Below, piece after piece: positions 59,373-64,000 of a stretch of DNA of 64,000 nt. The translations under genes and the position numbers were made by a program. How positions within the stretch are numbered: the stretch's first letter is position 1; each line of letters begins with the position of its first letter. The stretch comes from Phallusia mammillata (Eukaryota): positions 14,012,001 to 14,076,000 of the forward strand of contig OZ281496.1 of the NCBI GenBank assembly GCA_965637545.1. The letters are read 5' to 3'. The notes beneath the pieces are model-generated. The model was not told where the DNA came from, searched no databases, and worked only from the letters and a program-made list of their open reading frames with translations.

Positions 59373-60339
59373 CGCAAACAAAACAACGTAACCGTTTTCG
59401 TAAAGTAAAGTATAACGCATTCTGCTCACAAATGATAACTGATTATTTTGACTGATCCGTAAAATAAAAAACAAAATCTAAATGAAGTGTTACCTGTGTT
59501 CATAACCGCCATGTGACGTTTTTGGAAAAAAATATGAGTTTGTGGTTTGTTTGGCTGCAGTTTAACAAAAGAGTAAGTTGTAAAATGATTAGTCTTGTGA
59601 TTGGCAACAAACCTATCTGTTGTGTTCAGTTGGTCTATATTGCTTCAAAAATGGTGTATTTTTCCGCCCAATCATTTGCGTTGCGACGGTTTTGATGAGA
59701 AAAAAGATTTTGTTGACTAACATTATGATTTGCACTCTGTCATAATTGTTGATAGGATATCTTTTGCACTGGTCATGACCTACCTGATTTTACCTTTGCA
59801 ATGCTTTTAAAAAAAGAAACAAGGCAGCTTTAGAAGATTGCTGTGAAATCCGTAGTAGTTTTTTGCATCAGTGGCATTTGTTTTGATAAAATTACGGCTT
59901 AAATCGATGATCTAGCTTAACACCAACTACGAATGTTTTTGTGGTTCTTGTTTTATTGTTTGTGACTCATTATCCACAAAATGTAAACGCGCAAATCACG
60001 GTCTGTAAGATTGATCAAAAACTCTATTGACCCACTGTTTTTACGAACGTTTATCACAAAATGGTTTAAATTTGTAAATTTTAAAAATTTTGATGGAATG
60101 CAGATTAAATTTGACACTGTCTTTATTGTACATTGTTACATGTATTCTCAAAATTCAACATGCTGTTAGGAGAAATTTTCGTTTTTGTTATTTATTCATT
60201 CTGGAAATACAACTAAACCAACTTTAATAGAGTTGTCTAGTTTTATGCAAATAACATTGCAAACACTTCAACACACTATCGATAAAGCCGTTGCCAGAAT
60301 GAAGTTCCTTTTACAAATCCAAACCTTCCACTTTTTATT

Positions 60340-60925
60340 TAGTGTGAATCAACAGGTGTCTTTTCAGAGTATCAAAACGTTGAAATGTTTTTTCACAAAC
60401 GTCACATCGATGGAGTTTCTTATTTGTGTGTTAACATGTGTCTTTTCAAACTTCCAACAAGACCAAATCTGTTTCCACACACATCACATTGATGGTTTTT
60501 ATCTTTGGTGTGAGTCAACATATGTTTTGACAAATAACTTCCGTGCCTAAATCTTTTTCTACAAATATCACATTGATGTTTTTTCTCGTTGGTGTGAGTC
60601 AACATGTGTGTCTTCAACGTTCCTCTCAGACCAAATGTTTTCTCACAAACATCACACCGATGTGGTTTTGCTTTGGTGTGAGTTTGTCATGTGCGTTTTT
60701 AAATTTTCACTGCGACTAAACCATTTGTCACAAACATGGAATCAGTGGCGTTTATCCTTAGTGTGAGTCGACATGTGTATTTTCAAAAGTCCCTTCCGAC
60801 CAAATTGTTTCTCACATACACCACACGAATGCGGTTTTTCATCAATGTGAGTCTACATGTGCCGTTTCCAATTTCCTCGGCGACTGCATATTTTCTCACA
60901 AACCTCACACCGATTTGCAGTTGGT
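60340..60925 (-). pseudogene. C2H2 zinc-finger pseudogene (about 7 fingers)
   Basis: Repeating CDVCEK..F..G.LK.HMLTH units broken by several stops and frameshifts. Confidence 0.85.
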
Positions 60926-62404
60926 GTCAGTAAGCCCGAATCCTTTTAAGACGTCAGAGAATCTGGAAGTTGTAGATCTGTCGAATAATGCAATCTCATC
61001 ATAAATTTATTTATTTTTACCTACAAAATATCATGAAATACATCTTTATTTATTGACTAATTAAGCAAGGTTGGCAAGCTTTTTTTAGGCCTGGAGCGTC
61101 GCAGTAATAGCTGTGTCTTGACAGGAGGAAGCCCACATTCAAAATAAATCACACCGCTATGAATTCACGAGTAAGTACAGCTTTGTAACTTTCTAATCCA
61201 CTTGGTGTAGACAGTTTAATGTGCACTAGGGCTTAATCTTTTTCACACAAACATATTTCTAAAGTTTGTCCTAGCTTTATAAAATAAGGCGGTATTTTCT
61301 CGCCCACCTAAATTAAATTGATCAGAGTTTTGCCAAGTACCCTGTCTGAGTGCACATATATAACTGCCACTTAACCCTTGACATTCATACTGCTGTTGAC
61401 TCGAAAATGAAATAATGTGTGCTCTAACGAATTTGGACGTAGATAGCTTCTTTGCGCACTACAGTCTTCAATATTCAAGCTCTTATCTATTTAATGGTGT
61501 GACTGTCGAACCAGCATATCCAACACTACATATAACTGCACTGACCTATTGCCTACAGCCTTGTCAACCAGGAAGAAAGAGTTTATAACGTTATTTAGAA
61601 GGCTGCCTCTCCAGAAGAGTCAGTGTGTAGTCTCAAACTGATCAGTTGAGTGCAAGATACCTGATAATAAAAGATAAATTTGGACAGCTGGTATCTTGAC
61701 CGTGCTAAGTCAGACAAGCAGCATGCAAGTTTTAAAAAAAAAATTCAGGCCAAATCGCCCCACTCAAACCTACTGTTATTGTGAAGTTAAAATAAAAAAG
61801 TTACGCAATCTGATACCCAATTAACAACAGTCTAAACCAGAGTGTAGTTCTCAAACCTTTTAAGCACGCGGCGCATCAAATAATCAAAATTTCGTGGCAC
61901 ACTTTGCCGGTAAACGTAACAAAAGTTGTTCAAACAATATTAATTTTTAACTTCACGGCGGTAAGTAAGGATGCTTTTCTTTGCCAATAACAAAAACGAG
62001 ATTTGAAATGTTGTCATGCACACAGGTATTTGGTGATCATCCTAAAACATCATGAATTGTTTGTACTTTTGAACAGGAATAAGTATCGCTGGTCAGAACA
62101 ATAGTCGACCAAAAACAACCAGAACGTTGAAGGTTTATGAACGGATAGAGAAACACGACAACAAATAAAGTATGACGTGGGCAGAGTCGGTGAAACTGAC
62201 CGACCCTTAGTACCTGTTTAAGCGCCTCGGTTGCGTTAGCAAACACGAAGATACAGCCAACTGACGATGTGTTATTTTAAATCAGGGCAAAAATAAAAAA
62301 CAAACACGAACAGTTTGTAAAGACATAACAACATACAGTATTTCTGGCAAAAATATTTCACTCAAGGAACAGTGATAATGTTCTCGGTGTCAATCCTATT
62401 CATT

Positions 62405-62543
62405 GTATGTCCTTTTAATGTTTTACTAATTATTTTCAAACATCACTTTAATGAGAATTCAAAACTAATATTTATACGTCTTTTTAATGTTTTACTAATT
62501 ATTTACAAACATTACTTTAATGAGAATTAAAAACTAATATTTT
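62405..62543. repeat. Tandem duplication, period 69 bp, two copies
   Basis: TTTTAATGTTTTACTAATTATTT.CAAACAT.ACTTTAATGAGAATT.AAAACTAATATTT starts at 62413 and again at 62482. Confidence 0.9.
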
Positions 62544-62591
62544 TCTTTAGTGTTGTGATATATATAAACATAAATGTCGGCATGCGTCTTT

Positions 62592-63613
62592 TTAAAACTC
62601 CTCTACAACTGTGTAGATCAACGTTTGTCCTTTCAGAACTCCATTTCGAGCAAAGTTTTTTGCACAAACATCGCATGGTTTTTCATCAGTGTGTGTCAAC
62701 ATGTGTCTTTTCAAATCTCCACCTTGGGCAAATCTAAGACAGAGATGACGTTTCTCTTTGGTGTGTCTTAACATAAGTCTTTTTAAATTTCCACTTTGGG
62801 TAAATCTTTTTTCACAAATACTGCATCGATGAGGTTTTTCATTGGTGTGTACCAATATGTGTTTTTTTAAAGTTTCACTATGGCGAAATCTTTTTTCACA
62901 AACATTACAACGATGAGGTTTTTCGTTGCTGTGTGTCTTCATGTGGCTTTTCAAAAGTCTTCCTTCGCGAAATACTTTTTCACAATCAGTACAACCATGA
63001 GGTTTTTCGTTGGTGTGTGTCATGATATGTACCTTTAAATAATTCACCTTGACGAAATTTTTTTTCACAAACATCACACTGATAAGGTTTTTCGTTAGTG
63101 TGTGTCAACATGTGTCTTTTCAAATCTCCACCTCGGGCAAATCCTTTTTTTACAAATAAGACATAGATGAGGTTTCTCTTTGGTGTGTGTCAACATATGT
63201 GTTTTCAAACTTCCACTTTGGGTGAATCTTTTTTCACAAACATCACATCGGTAAGGCTTTTCGTTAGTATGTGTCATCATGTGTTTTTTTACATTTGCAC
63301 CCAATGCAAATCTTTTTTCACAAATATGACATTGATGAGGTTTCTCCTTAGCGTGTGTCAACACGTGTCTTTTCTCACAAACATCATGAGTTTTGTTTAT
63401 AATATATGGAGTTGACTTCTTTGTTTCCAAATAGGCATCTTCATTAAACTTCTTTTCACAAACATCGCTTTTTGATATATTGTCCCAAGTGTTGGCGCGA
63501 ATGTGATTTTGAGAAAATTCGCATTGGTAATCACTTTCTGTTTTGCTAGTTTGTTGTTGGTTGGCAGATTCTTGGAACGCTGCTTGCTCAGAGTCCGAAT
63601 CCAGGGTTTTCAT
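62592..63613 (-). pseudogene. C2H2 zinc-finger gene with frameshifts (about 9 fingers)
   Basis: A +1 base in an A run at ~63150 and a +1 at ~63040 split the frame. Two later fingers have lost their CxxC segments. Confidence 0.85.
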
Positions 63614-64000
63614 GTTTTTATATTAGTTAAACAACTAAATATTGAAAATCTGTGTTTGAAACAAGTCAACAGTTAACATTTGGTTGAACGATTCTCTTAT
63701 TAGATGCTAGACACCTAAGCAGATCCAGATGGCAATATTTTAACAATCTAGATGAGATGCTGTCGCACAGAAAAAATTAACTAGATGTTACATTTTTCGG
63801 TGAGTGCGACGAACTAACACTAGCGGAACAGTTAAATATTCGGCAACCTGCCAAACACCAGCAATATTGTATAGCCTTTACTAAAACAAAAGCAGAGTTG
63901 CATGCAGCTGTCGTGCGATTGGAAAAGCCAAACTTCAGGAAACCTCTCTTGTGATAATAAGCGCATTACGCCAACACTGTACAAGCTGAAAACACTAGCG

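Overview
AT-rich metazoan nuclear DNA, not prokaryotic. The host is probably an ascidian tunicate, because an exact copy of the 16-nt Ciona-type spliced leader (SL) is present (inference). The window is a transposon-dense region with a birth-and-death cluster of C2H2 zinc-finger genes: 2 apparently intact and 4 disrupted or remnant. Two other disrupted host-type genes are present (NHL-repeat; ZP-domain/EGF/TM). Mobile elements supported by termini, TSDs or protein motifs are: an IS3EU-like DDE transposon with a HECT E3-ligase gene and a palindromic minisatellite; a CR1-group LINE holding a nested Gypsy-type LTR element and a hAT element; a Tx1/L1 fragment fused in frame to a Penelope-like GIY-YIG tail with a hammerhead motif; a Buster-type hAT element; a full-length P/THAP9-type element; a CMC/EnSpm-type remnant; a CsRN1-like Gypsy; an intact piggyBac; and many hAT/MULE MITEs. 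Most striking: the CR1-group LINE (7502-14837, minus) begins exactly with the SL sequence ATTCTATTTGAATAAG and is bounded by a 6-bp direct repeat. It looks like a retrotransposed, SL-trans-spliced LINE RNA with only an 80-nt 5' UTR. Two DNA transposons also carry tRNA-like cassettes. All calls come from reading the sequence by eye; no database searches were run.
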